In this document: in pieces, positions 37,469 through 47,692 of the stretch | Layout: every line of letters begins with the position of its first letter | Numbering within the stretch: the stretch's first letter is position 1 | IMG/VR virus record: IMGVR_UViG_3300029922_000001 | Location: 1 to 64,000 of that record | Length of the DNA: 64,000 nucleotides | Direction: 5' to 3' (one strand) | Translations under genes and position numbers: made by a program | The notes under the pieces: model-generated | What the model saw: the letters and a program-made list of their open reading frames with translations, nothing else | The model's database searches: none | What the model was told of the DNA's origin: nothing

Positions 37469-38430
37469 ACTTTAAAAATATTCCCATAACAATTTATCCT
37501 GAATTAATTGGTCCAGCAATTGCCAATAAAGAAGATGATTTACTAGTTGTTTATTCAATTTTAAAATCATTAGATGCTCATTATAACAATAATACAGGTC
37601 TTATTGAAGTCAAAGTACTCGTTAAGGCTTTTCAGGAAATTATGGATCTTAAAACTGCACAAGTTTACAAAAGAATTGAAAAGGGAATTGGCACTTTTTG
37701 GCAACAACCTGGAGGAAAAGATCCTCGAAATAAAAAAATAGTCTTAAAAAATATTAATTCCGTTTGGAACTATTTAAACCCAAGTATGATGCGTTCTAAA
37801 CCTTTTAGTATTTCATTGACAAACTTTCAGAATAATACTGAACATACAAATAGAACGTACATTAAAAGAATGCTTATTTCGTGTGTAGCTGCGCGTCATA
37901 GTGATTTTAGACCACAAAGTGTAGAAAGCATTAGTAAAGAAGCTAGAGTGTCACACAGAACCGCACAGAGGGCGTTAACAATGCCTCATATTGTCAAACA
38001 ACATAATTTTCAACAATATTATGTAGGTAACACATTGTATGATGCTATTGCGGCTAAAAACCAATTGTCATTAAATAATAATCGTGTTTTTTGGGTTTAT
38101 CAAGCTGACAAGCCTATGGTGTTGTCTCAAATTGGTAATTCATATTCTGTGTCTTTTGAAAGATTACCATTCAAAAAACGTCCAAAAGATGCTAAAATAT
38201 CTGATTTTGTGAATCAACCTGTAAATATTGATTTTAAATATGGAGATATTAAGTCTAATAAGAAACAAACTTCCACTAGTATAGTGCCATGTAATTATTT
38301 AAATTTCCCTAAGTTACAGAAAGTTAAAATTTGGCAACAATCCAATAATGATTTTCAACCTCAATTACCTGAGAAATTTGAAGTAACTTCTTTAACAGAC
38401 CTTTACAATCAAGTGTTTGCCACGATCTAA
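37465..38430 (+). CDS. hypothetical protein with HTH-like segment
   Basis: SVESISKEARVSHRTAQRAL. Confidence 0.6.
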   Translation: MNFKNIPITIYPELIGPAIANKEDDLLVVYSILKSLDAHYNNNTGLIEVKVLVKAFQEIMDLKTAQVYKRIEKGIGTFWQQPGGKDPRNKKIVLKNINSVWNYLNPSMMRSKPFSISLTNFQNNTEHTNRTYIKRMLISCVAARHSDFRPQSVESISKEARVSHRTAQRALTMPHIVKQHNFQQYYVGNTLYDAIAAKNQLSLNNNRVFWVYQADKPMVLSQIGNSYSVSFERLPFKKRPKDAKISDFVNQPVNIDFKYGDIKSNKKQTSTSIVPCNYLNFPKLQKVKIWQQSNNDFQPQLPEKFEVTSLTDLYNQVFATI

Positions 38431-38447
38431 ACTCATTATAATAACGC

Positions 38448-41400
38448 ATGTGCAAGCAGAACTTCGTTCATTTACACAACCACAGTTGTTATTCAGTGCA
38501 AGACGCCTTGGGACAACCCAATAAACTAGCTAAAAAAGCTAGGGAAATGGGATTCCCTGCGATTGCTCTAACCGATCATGGACATATGGGTGGATGTATT
38601 GACCTATATGAAGGTTGTGTATCGAAAAGTGAACACGATATTATTAAACCTATTTTTGGTATTGAAGCATATTATTGCAAAGATATCAATGTTAAAGAAC
38701 AAATCAAAAGACCAGACGGTAAGCCTGGTAAACCAAAGCATCCTCACATTACTCTTTTGGCGCAAAACCAAACAGGCTATCGTAATTTAATGAAAGCCTC
38801 TACCATTGCTTCAACAGAAGGTAAGTATTACGAACCTAGAATGGACTGGAATGTTATGTCTAATCATGCAGAAGGCGTTATTGCCTTATCTGGTTGTTTT
38901 GGTAGTGAAATGTCCGTACATCTACGTAATGATGATTATGACAGTGCCAAAGCCGTTGCAGAACGCTATAAAGACTTATATGGTGATAATTACCGCATTG
39001 AATTACATTATCACAATGCAGAAGAATCAAAAAATCTTTTGAAGTATCAAGTTAAAATCGCTAAGGAATTAGAGATTCCTCTCGTTATTAGTAATGACGT
39101 ACATTACATCAATAAAGAAGATGCAGATCCACATGAACTATTAATTAGAATGCGTGATCTTAAAGCAGATAAACTAGATGCTGTTGGAAAAAGAGACGCT
39201 TATAAGTCTAAGCAATTCTGGCTTAAATCTGAAGAAGAAATATTCAGAACCTTTAAACCAGTTATGCCAGAAGAATATATTCGTACAGCTATGACTAATA
39301 CAGTTATTCTAGCTGAAACAGTTGATAACTTCATGAAGTTGAATCAGTATAATCTATTGCCTCAATCGAAGATTCCAAATGATAATGCGGAATTTGATTC
39401 GTTCTGGACAAAACATTGTAAGTATTACACTGCCAGTCAAGCATTCTTATATTATTTAGCTGCTAAAGGTCTTAATCGTCTTGGACTTGCTAAAGATCCA
39501 ATTTATAGAAGTCGCTTGATGGAAGAAATCAAAACCATAAACAATATGGGTGTTGAAGATTATATCATCATGCAATACAAAACAGTTGCTTTCATGCGTT
39601 CAAAGAACATTAGTTCTTTGGCTCGTGGTAGCGCATCTGGTAGCTTAGTGCTTTATTGCTTAGGCGTTACTAATGTTGATCCCATTGAACATGGTTTACT
39701 ATTCCCAAGATTCTTAAACCCAGGAAGAGGTAAGCAATATGGCGTCAACTTTACAGAATATCCTGTATCAAAATGGCTTGAACAATATGATCAAACTCAA
39801 GAAGAGAAAGCCAATATATATTTGCATGACATTCTAGACAAAACTAGTAAAGACCCTGCACTTGAAGATATTTTACATAAAGTTGATCAAGAAGTTTGGG
39901 TTATTGAAAACCAAGACCTTGCTGGTTATTTCTATGATATGAAACAACAAGGTGTTAAGTTAGAGAATAATGACAGTCAATCATGGACAGCTTATTTAAT
40001 GGGACTAACTGACAAAAAACCAGTTGGTGATCTAGAAGTTGTTCAAGCAGCTTCATTACCTGATATTGATACTGACATTGAAGATGTACGTAGAATTGAG
40101 GTTTTCCAATATCTTAAAGATGAAAATGGTGAAGATAAAGTTGCGAACATCGGAACTTATAATACCTATCAAGCTAAGGGTGCAATTCAAAACGCTATTA
40201 AGGCTAATGAAGGATTGGTTGCTAAATATGGTGATCAAATTTCCGCTTATGCAATTGAAGTTAGTAAGACAATACCTTTCCGTGCTAATCCACCAATGAC
40301 TATTGATGATGCTATTGAATTATCGCCTCCCTTTAAAGCGTTTGCTGTTAAATATCCAGATATTATTAGGCAAGCCAGGGGTGTAGTTGGAGCTATTAAT
40401 AGCATGGGTGTTCATGCCGCTGGAATTTTGGTATCTAGTGAACCATTAACAGATCATACGCCTTTAGAAGTGTCTAAAGATGTTGTTTGTTCTGCATATG
40501 ATATGGCGTATGTTGAGAAAATTGGTTTAGTTAAATATGACTTACTTGGTTCCGCAACCTTGTCAACAGTTAAAAGAGCATTAGATTTTATTGAAGCAAG
40601 ACATGGTAGAAGACCAGATTTGTCTAAACTAAAGTTTGACGATCAAAATGTATTCAACATCTTCAAGAGAGGAAAATTGAGTTCAATATTCCAATTTTCA
40701 TCTTTTGGTATGAAAAGCACTATACAATCTATTAGCCCTGATGGTATTGAAGATTTAATTGCTATTAACGCTTTGTATCGACCAGGACCTATGGATTATA
40801 TTCCAGATTATGCAAAAGGTAAAAAGAATCCTAGTGCGATCAAATATAGTGATCCAATTTTAGAGAAGCATTTAGGACCAACATTCGGCATTATGATTTA
40901 TCAGGAACAAGCTATGTTCCTTGCTCGTGAATTGGGCAAGTTAACATGGACTGAAGTTGATAAACTCAGAAAGGGTATTGCCAAGAAAGACAGCAAGGAA
41001 TTTGAGAAAATCAGAGCATTGTTTAGAAAGAAGGCAATTAATAATGGTTGTAAAGAAGAATTAGTTGATGAAGTATTACATTTAATGGAAAAGTTTGGAG
41101 GTTACGCTTTTAATAAGGCTCACTCTGCCGCTTATTCTGTATTAGCTTATCAAACAGCATATTTGAGACATTATTATCCTGCTGAATGGCTTGCGGCTTC
41201 TATCGAAATGGATAGGGACAACAAGGCTAAGCTTAGTGAATATTTTGAAGAATGTCGTCAAGATGGTATTAAAATTGTTCAACCTAATGTCAATACTAGT
41301 GGCATGGTTACAGGTGTTAATGCGCAAGGTCACATTTTGTTACCGTTAACCATTTTGAATGGTGTTGGTAGTTCTGCTACCAGCATTGTAGACATGCAAC

Positions 41401-41738
41401 CTTATGAATCGTTTAGAGATTTCGTAATTAAAGCTGGACCAGACAAAGGAATGGTAGAAACATTTGCTGAAAATCTTGCCTTGAATTGCTTTGAAGATTG
41501 TTGTAAAAAGCATCCTGCTGAAATTATGGCTATGTTTGAAGCACACAATAAAGACAAGAAGATTCTAGATAAAATCAACAAAGAGAAGGAAAAGCAAAAA
41601 TACACTTCATTGGCTGAAGATATTTTTCAAGATAAGCCTGTGAAGGCAAAACCCACAGTGGCTAAACCAAAAGATAAATTCTTAAAAGGTGTTGGTGGTA
41701 AAAACAGTTGGTTTGATGGAGATGATGATGATGAATGA
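38448..41738 (+). CDS. dnaE: DNA polymerase III alpha subunit
   Basis: PHP motifs HLHNH and TDHG; RGSASGS, PDIDTD, HAAG, KYDLLG, YRPGP, IYQEQ and YAFNKAH. Confidence 0.95.
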   Translation: MCKQNFVHLHNHSCYSVQDALGQPNKLAKKAREMGFPAIALTDHGHMGGCIDLYEGCVSKSEHDIIKPIFGIEAYYCKDINVKEQIKRPDGKPGKPKHPHITLLAQNQTGYRNLMKASTIASTEGKYYEPRMDWNVMSNHAEGVIALSGCFGSEMSVHLRNDDYDSAKAVAERYKDLYGDNYRIELHYHNAEESKNLLKYQVKIAKELEIPLVISNDVHYINKEDADPHELLIRMRDLKADKLDAVGKRDAYKSKQFWLKSEEEIFRTFKPVMPEEYIRTAMTNTVILAETVDNFMKLNQYNLLPQSKIPNDNAEFDSFWTKHCKYYTASQAFLYYLAAKGLNRLGLAKDPIYRSRLMEEIKTINNMGVEDYIIMQYKTVAFMRSKNISSLARGSASGSLVLYCLGVTNVDPIEHGLLFPRFLNPGRGKQYGVNFTEYPVSKWLEQYDQTQEEKANIYLHDILDKTSKDPALEDILHKVDQEVWVIENQDLAGYFYDMKQQGVKLENNDSQSWTAYLMGLTDKKPVGDLEVVQAASLPDIDTDIEDVRRIEVFQYLKDENGEDKVANIGTYNTYQAKGAIQNAIKANEGLVAKYGDQISAYAIEVSKTIPFRANPPMTIDDAIELSPPFKAFAVKYPDIIRQARGVVGAINSMGVHAAGILVSSEPLTDHTPLEVSKDVVCSAYDMAYVEKIGLVKYDLLGSATLSTVKRALDFIEARHGRRPDLSKLKFDDQNVFNIFKRGKLSSIFQFSSFGMKSTIQSISPDGIEDLIAINALYRPGPMDYIPDYAKGKKNPSAIKYSDPILEKHLGPTFGIMIYQEQAMFLARELGKLTWTEVDKLRKGIAKKDSKEFEKIRALFRKKAINNGCKEELVDEVLHLMEKFGGYAFNKAHSAAYSVLAYQTAYLRHYYPAEWLAASIEMDRDNKAKLSEYFEECRQDGIKIVQPNVNTSGMVTGVNAQGHILLPLTILNGVGSSATSIVDMQPYESFRDFVIKAGPDKGMVETFAENLALNCFEDCCKKHPAEIMAMFEAHNKDKKILDKINKEKEKQKYTSLAEDIFQDKPVKAKPTVAKPKDKFLKGVGGKNSWFDGDDDDE

Positions 41739-42423
41739 TGATAGTTTTGACAATTTTTTTGATAATGAAGATACGGCATTTTTAGAAAACTTAGAGAAAG
41801 CCAAAGAGCCAGAAGTGGTTGAGGTTTCTCCGAAAGTTCAAAAAGCTTCAGGTTTACTTAAAGACTTGAAGCTTGATGCTAAGGACATTGAAAAATATAA
41901 AGATAGACAAGTTACTTTTGCTACACTACAAGAAAACATGGAATTGTGGCAACACTATTTTGATAAAGTCAAAGACATTCCTGACGATATCATTCAAGTA
42001 TTAGAAGATTTAGATTTGTCTATTCCTAATGTTGATGACTTAGAATTAGCTTCATGCTTTGAAGCTTACTATCGAATAAGCGATGCTCAAACTATGATTT
42101 ATAGATACATTAACAAGGTCAATACAAAGCATAAGTATCTTGACATGGCTAGAAAAGACTTTGCTTCTCAGGCATTTACTTTGATGCCTGGAAAATTAGC
42201 AGATGAAAAAACTGGTAAGGCTAATGATTTAGTCTTTAAATATACTTTGGCGCTTGTTGAGATTGAAACCATCAAGGAATCCCTAGAACAATATAAGTGG
42301 ATTGTGAAGTCTCGTCTTGAATCTCTTGACCAAATTGTATACGCTATTATTAGCGAAAGAAAGCAGAATGTTAACTGGAAAGACGAACACGTAACCAATA
42401 CCCAGAGCTATAATAAGCTGTAA
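41731..42423 (+). CDS. helical hypothetical protein (possible recombination mediator)
   Basis: ORF between dnaE and SSB; function inferred from context only. Confidence 0.6.
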   Translation: MNDDSFDNFFDNEDTAFLENLEKAKEPEVVEVSPKVQKASGLLKDLKLDAKDIEKYKDRQVTFATLQENMELWQHYFDKVKDIPDDIIQVLEDLDLSIPNVDDLELASCFEAYYRISDAQTMIYRYINKVNTKHKYLDMARKDFASQAFTLMPGKLADEKTGKANDLVFKYTLALVEIETIKESLEQYKWIVKSRLESLDQIVYAIISERKQNVNWKDEHVTNTQSYNKL

Positions 42424-42559
42424 GGTGAGCAAGAAAAAATACTCTTATAAAATATACAAAAAGAAAAGGAATTAATCCAACGCTTTTTGTATAATATAAG
42501 AGAGCGCAATGAATAATGCTTTTAAAGCGATAAATTCGATAGCTCAAGGAAAACATAAA

Positions 42560-43453
42560 ATGTCAAGAGTACAATTATTAAGTCAAGTTGAAATTCCAAC
42601 TAATTCTCGTCAATCTTCTTTCTTCGATCTTAAAGCTGGTGAATCAGCCGTAATCCGTATCGTAGGAGATTATCATATTTTTGTAGAGTATAACTCCAAG
42701 TTTGATAAGAGAACCCCACCTGTTGCCTTCCCTGATGTTGCTGAAGATCCTAAGATCACTCGTTATGGTTTAGTTGGCGTTGAAGACCAATATAGCAAAG
42801 CTGGCTTTGTTCCTAAAGTCCATGCCGCATTTAACATCTTAGTTAAGCAACCTGACGGAACTAACACCCATGCAATTTGGAACGTATCATCCACCATTAT
42901 CGACAAGCTAAAAGACATTGAAAAGACACTCTTTAAAGAAGATGATGTTGATGTCGCTTTGGGTTCTGTTAACTCTCGTTGGCTTGAAGTAAGTGCAGTA
43001 GGTAAGAAAGATAAGAACAACAAGATCGTAAGAGATTGGAGTGTTATTATCATGCCTATCAAGAAATCCCCTGCTTTAACTGCCGCTGATATTGCTGTGC
43101 TTAAAGAGGCTGGTGCGCCAAAAGATGAAGACCTAAAGAAACTAGTTGATTCTGATGATGAACCAGAATGGTACTACTTCGGTGCGCCATTACCTAGAAT
43201 CTTTGGTCCAAGAAAGCCAAAGACTGAAGGTGATGCTTCTTCTGATACAGAAATGTCTGTTGAAGAACTTTCATTAGGTGATGAAGAAACTGAAGAAGAA
43301 AAGAAAGCTAGATTAGCTAAAGAAGCTAGAAAAGCTAAAGCAGTTGCTGCCGCAAAAGCTGCTGAAGAAGCTGCAAAAGCCGCTGCTGAAGTAGATGGTG
43401 AAGAAGAAGAAGGTAGTGAAGATTTCCCAGATTTAACCGACTGGGACAAGTAA
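42560..43453 (+). CDS. putative single-stranded DNA-binding protein (gp32-like)
   Basis: LKAGES..IRIVG start, acidic tail ending DFPDLTDWDK, adjacent to recA; AAGGA before ATG 42560. Confidence 0.6.
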   Translation: MSRVQLLSQVEIPTNSRQSSFFDLKAGESAVIRIVGDYHIFVEYNSKFDKRTPPVAFPDVAEDPKITRYGLVGVEDQYSKAGFVPKVHAAFNILVKQPDGTNTHAIWNVSSTIIDKLKDIEKTLFKEDDVDVALGSVNSRWLEVSAVGKKDKNNKIVRDWSVIIMPIKKSPALTAADIAVLKEAGAPKDEDLKKLVDSDDEPEWYYFGAPLPRIFGPRKPKTEGDASSDTEMSVEELSLGDEETEEEKKARLAKEARKAKAVAAAKAAEEAAKAAAEVDGEEEEGSEDFPDLTDWDK

Positions 43454-43461
43454 TCGTTAGT

Positions 43462-43499
43462 AATTTAAGGGGTATCTCTATAGATACCCCTTAAATTTT
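43462..43499 (+). terminator. intrinsic terminator
   Basis: AATTTAAGGGGTATCT...AGATACCCCTTAAATT plus TT. Confidence 0.75.
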
Positions 43500-43512
43500 G
43501 GTGGAGAATTAT

Positions 43513-44913
43513 ATGGCAAAAAAGAATGAAAATTCAGAAATCCTTAAAAAAATGGCTGATATGCACGAAGACCGTACAAATAAAGCTATTGAAGGTATAA
43601 AGACTAAAGCAATTAAAGAGGGTACAGAAATTATTAACTCTGCACTTGAGGCTATAAACGCTAAAGAATTGCAAAAGAAAATTGAAGAACGTCGTAAGAA
43701 AACATCCGAAAGAGCCAAAAAGAGTGGTGGAAACCCTGAATACGTTTTAGTTGGTGGTGAAAAGGAAGAAACCATTTTCATCAAAACCCATATTTATGAA
43801 TTAGATTTAATCTTAACCGATGCCGCTTGTGAAGACAATGTTGGTATTCCAAGAGGTAAAGTTATTGAAATTTTGGGTCCTTCCATGTCTGGAAAGACTT
43901 GGTTGTGTACTCAGATCATGAAAGTATACCAAGAAATGGGCGAACGTGTATTGTACGTTGACGCTGAAAATACATTCTATGATATTCGTTTCAATCAATT
44001 AGGTGTTAACACTTCTAATCCAGACTTATGGGAGTATATTAACTTCCCATCTGCTGAACAAAATGGAATGTACATTCTTGAAGCTTTGGAATCAGGTGAA
44101 TATGGTGCTGTTATTCTCGACTCTATTACCGCATTGGTCCCTGAAGTTGAATTAACTAAAGATTTATCCGATAGTCAAAAGATTGGTGCCCATGCTATGT
44201 TTGTTAACCGCTTACTCAAGAGAGCATTACCTAAAGCCAAAAAGACTGGAACTTCATTCTTCTTCATTAATCAGAAGAGAGTTGGTGCTGGTGCAATGCC
44301 TGGAACAATGGTAGAAAAAGCTGGTGGTGGTGCTGGTGTTGATTACTTTACACATATTCGTCTTTGGGTTAAAGCACTTGGTGGTGCTGATGGTAGAGTA
44401 TTGGATGAAGAAACTGGTGAAGTTATTGCTGGTAGAAGTGAAGTCACAATTCGTAAGAGTCGTTATCATAAGAGTGGTGTTACCGCTGTTGTAACTATTC
44501 CATTCGTTGAAGGAACTTCTAGTGCAGTTAACGATTTCTGTAATCGCATTACCAATAATAAGAAGTTAGAAAGTCACGTTAGAATATTCCGTAAGGTTTA
44601 TCAATATAGTGATCCTAGCGAAGAAGGATTCAAAGAAATTTTAGCTCAGTCTAAAGATAAGGTTGAATTCATTAAGCAACTTCAAAAACTACCTGCTCCA
44701 ACTAAGCTAAAGAAAGGTGATACAAGTTCTGTAACAGCTTTTGATTATCTAGCTTATGTCTTACAAATGAATGAAAGAGATAGGAAGTTGTTGGATATTG
44801 AATTAGAAACAGGTGTTGAGGAACCTGTAGTTGTAGATGAAGTTCTTGTCACAGCAAATCCTTTTTATGACGATGATGACGCTGACACTGATATCGAAGT
44901 CGATATCGACTAA
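43513..44913 (+). CDS. recA: RecA/UvsX recombinase
   Basis: GIPRGKVIEILGPSMSGKT, YVDAE, LDSITAL, FINQ and GG motifs. Confidence 0.9.
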   Translation: MAKKNENSEILKKMADMHEDRTNKAIEGIKTKAIKEGTEIINSALEAINAKELQKKIEERRKKTSERAKKSGGNPEYVLVGGEKEETIFIKTHIYELDLILTDAACEDNVGIPRGKVIEILGPSMSGKTWLCTQIMKVYQEMGERVLYVDAENTFYDIRFNQLGVNTSNPDLWEYINFPSAEQNGMYILEALESGEYGAVILDSITALVPEVELTKDLSDSQKIGAHAMFVNRLLKRALPKAKKTGTSFFFINQKRVGAGAMPGTMVEKAGGGAGVDYFTHIRLWVKALGGADGRVLDEETGEVIAGRSEVTIRKSRYHKSGVTAVVTIPFVEGTSSAVNDFCNRITNNKKLESHVRIFRKVYQYSDPSEEGFKEILAQSKDKVEFIKQLQKLPAPTKLKKGDTSSVTAFDYLAYVLQMNERDRKLLDIELETGVEEPVVVDEVLVTANPFYDDDDADTDIEVDID

Positions 44914-44918
44914 GTAAC

Positions 44919-44950
44919 GAAAAGGGTGATTAGATCACCCTTTTCACTTT
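44919..44950 (+). terminator. intrinsic terminator
   Basis: GAAAAGGGTGAT-TAG-ATCACCCTTTTC. Confidence 0.75.
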
Positions 44951-44965
44951 ATAATAGGACACTCC

Positions 44966-45718
44966 ATGAACGACAGAACAAATCTACAAGAAGTTTTTAA
45001 ACAATATTTGCTTAGCAGTAAAGATGGTATTCAATATTGTAAAACAAGAGGAATCACTAAACAAAATGTTTGTGATGGTATTGTCGGTTTGTGTCCTCCG
45101 AGTTATCAATACGGTTATCCGTTAATGCAAGGTAGATTAACAGTCGCCATTCAAGATGTACATGGAACAATTATAGCATTTGCTGGTAGGCAAGCAGATT
45201 GGCTACATGAATTTGTAGATGATCAATTTGTTAAACAAATGGCATTAGAAGATGCACACAAGGCAATCAAATTTTGGGATAAGGCTAAATGGTATAACGA
45301 AGTCTATGATAAGCGTTATCATTTGTTCAATCTCAATAGAGCAAAAGAAAGCATACGTAAAAAGAATTACGCCATTGTTAATGAAGGTTATTTGGATACT
45401 CTCATTTTTAGCAATTACGAAATCGAAAACACTGTTGCAACTTGTGGCACCGCATTAACTGATCACCACATAGGTTTATTAAGTCGTTTTTGCGACAATA
45501 TTGTTGTTATGTACGATCCAGACGTTGCTGGTTCATTAGCTAATGATGAAGCAATTAAGAAGATTGAAAAACGTGGTTTAAAAGCTTTTAGTGTTCAATT
45601 ACCTAGTGGTTATGATCCTGACACTATTGTTATGAAATATGGTGGTGAAAAGATTGGCAAAGCAATTGATAATTTGGTTTACAACAACGAAAAGAAAGTA
45701 TTAAAGGTAAAAGAATGA
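44966..45718 (+). CDS. dnaG: DNA primase catalytic/TOPRIM half (split DnaG)
   Basis: AFAGR, KWYN, EGYLD, GTALT, YDPDVAG and DPD; no Zn finger. Confidence 0.85.
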   Translation: MNDRTNLQEVFKQYLLSSKDGIQYCKTRGITKQNVCDGIVGLCPPSYQYGYPLMQGRLTVAIQDVHGTIIAFAGRQADWLHEFVDDQFVKQMALEDAHKAIKFWDKAKWYNEVYDKRYHLFNLNRAKESIRKKNYAIVNEGYLDTLIFSNYEIENTVATCGTALTDHHIGLLSRFCDNIVVMYDPDVAGSLANDEAIKKIEKRGLKAFSVQLPSGYDPDTIVMKYGGEKIGKAIDNLVYNNEKKVLKVKE

Positions 45719-47451
45719 TTGAAACAAAATGGAATATTAAAGAAGTAGATAGAGAACTAGCAAGAGAATTAGCTTTTGATTTAAGTCTATCCGATGCAGT
45801 CTCTAGACTATGTTTAGTTAGAGGCATTGATTCCGTAGAAGAATTTAATGATTTTACTGATCTGTCATTAAATAAAATGCACAACCCTATGTTGTTGCCT
45901 GATATTAAGCCAGTCGTAAATAGGATCATTCAGGCTTTAGAAAATAAGGAAAAGATTTTTGTGCATGGAGATTATGATGTTGATGGTATAACATCAACTG
46001 CTGTAGTAATTTATACGCTTCGTAAATTAGGGGCTGATTTTAGTTATCATGTACCTCACCGTATAGATGATGGGTATGATATTAAAGAACCCTCAGTGGA
46101 CCGTGCAATACGTGCTGGCGCTAGTTTATTAATCTCTGTAGACTGTGGAATTTTAGCTTTTGGCGCTGCTGAACATGCTAAAGAAAAGGGAATTGATTTA
46201 ATTATCACAGACCATCATACTCCTAAAGATGATGGTAGTATTCCTGATTGTATTGGGGTTGTTAATCCATCTAGATTAGATTCAAAATATCCATTTGCAG
46301 GTTTGGCTGGTGTTGGTATTGCTTTTAAAGTTATGTGTGTATTAGCTGCTAAGTACAAGCAAATTACGCCAAAGGAAATGATTGAGGATCTTGGTGAATT
46401 TGTAGCATTGGGCACTGTTGCTGACGTTGCCCCAATGGTAGATGAAAATAGAATTTTAGTTAGTTATGGATGTAAAAAGTTAACTAACAGCAATAAGCCT
46501 GGTATTCAAGCCTTATTAAAGGTTGCTGGTGTGAAGTCAGTTGACACAACTAGTATTGGATTTCAATTAGGTCCTAGAATCAATGCTATTGGGCGTTTAG
46601 ATGACCCTATACACGCATTAGAGTTGTTATTGACTAGTTCTGAGACTACAGCAAAAAGATTAGCTAATCTATTAGATTCTGCCAATAAAGAACGACAAAA
46701 ACAATTACAACAAGGATTAGAAGAAGCAATAAGTATGGTTCCAACTGATCCAGAAATTTTAAAACAACATAAAATTATTGTTTTATCTGCTGCAAATTGG
46801 CATCCTGGTTTAATTGGTTTAATTGCTGGTAAGATCGCTGAAAAATATGGTAGACCCGCAATGGTTTGCGCCATATTAGCTGAAGGTATTGCAAAGGGTT
46901 CTTGTCGTTCAACTAGAGATTTCCATATTTTAAATGCAATGAAAAGTGAAAAAGTCGCTCCATTATTCAAGAAATTTGGAGGACACGCTTTTGCGGCTGG
47001 ATTTGAAATTCCTGTAAAACAACTTGAAGCGATGCGTTTGAATATTATTGATTATGCCAAAGATAAGTTAGGAGAAGAACACGAAAGCTGTAAAACGGTT
47101 TATGTAGATGCGGAAGTTCAATTTAGCAATATTGATAATCGCTTATATGATGATCTATTACGTTTAGCCCCTTTTGGTGCGCAACATGAAACTCCTGTCT
47201 TTTATACAAAAGGCTTAAAAGTAGCTAAAATTAGTACAGTTGGTACTGATGGTCAACATTTAAAGCTACGTTTAACAAATCAGCGTAATAATTCATATGT
47301 TAACGCTATTTGGTGGAGACACGGTTCATGGGAAGATACACTAAAAGAAGGGCAAACTATTGATATAGCCTATGTACTATCTAAAGAAAACTTCCAAGGG
47401 TTTGAAAATTTGTCATTAATTTTAGAAGATATTAAAATTCCTGTACAATAA
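45715..47451 (+). CDS. recJ: single-stranded DNA exonuclease RecJ
   Basis: GDYDVDG, DCG, TDHH, GTVADV, PRINAIGR, GSCRS and GGHAFAAG. Confidence 0.95.
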   Translation: MIETKWNIKEVDRELARELAFDLSLSDAVSRLCLVRGIDSVEEFNDFTDLSLNKMHNPMLLPDIKPVVNRIIQALENKEKIFVHGDYDVDGITSTAVVIYTLRKLGADFSYHVPHRIDDGYDIKEPSVDRAIRAGASLLISVDCGILAFGAAEHAKEKGIDLIITDHHTPKDDGSIPDCIGVVNPSRLDSKYPFAGLAGVGIAFKVMCVLAAKYKQITPKEMIEDLGEFVALGTVADVAPMVDENRILVSYGCKKLTNSNKPGIQALLKVAGVKSVDTTSIGFQLGPRINAIGRLDDPIHALELLLTSSETTAKRLANLLDSANKERQKQLQQGLEEAISMVPTDPEILKQHKIIVLSAANWHPGLIGLIAGKIAEKYGRPAMVCAILAEGIAKGSCRSTRDFHILNAMKSEKVAPLFKKFGGHAFAAGFEIPVKQLEAMRLNIIDYAKDKLGEEHESCKTVYVDAEVQFSNIDNRLYDDLLRLAPFGAQHETPVFYTKGLKVAKISTVGTDGQHLKLRLTNQRNNSYVNAIWWRHGSWEDTLKEGQTIDIAYVLSKENFQGFENLSLILEDIKIPVQ

Positions 47452-47523
47452 TGGTTAAGAAGTCCTGTTTGCAAAAAAACACAAATATAATAAATATATC
47501 AGTGAATAAAATATTTCAAGACG

Positions 47524-47558
47524 TATAATAATATTGTTATTGCCGAAAGGCGATAACA
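47524..47558 (+). promoter_or_regulatory. -10 box followed by GAAA-tetraloop hairpin
   Basis: TATAAT at 47524-47529; TGTTATTGCC-GAAA-GGCGATAACA. Confidence 0.55.
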
Positions 47559-47560
47559 TA

Positions 47561-47645
47561 GGGCTGGGATAGCCCAAATTAACGCCTTTGGAGTGTGTTC
47601 AACGGAACCACGATGAATTAGGAAGCCGCAATTGTGGTAGTTCAC
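47561..47645 (+). ncRNA. orphan IS200/IS605 omegaRNA/right-end-like element
   Basis: Aligns with the tnpB 3' element (24430-24514) with compensatory changes; ends GTAGTTCAC. Confidence 0.65.
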
Positions 47646-47692
47646 ATATATAATTATTGTGTAAACAATAATTTTGCTCGGAGGACTTTTAC

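Noticed and set aside
39729-40052. Intein in DnaE
   Set aside because: No Cys/Ser start, no His-Asn end and no Hint motifs; it resembles a duplicated polymerase segment.
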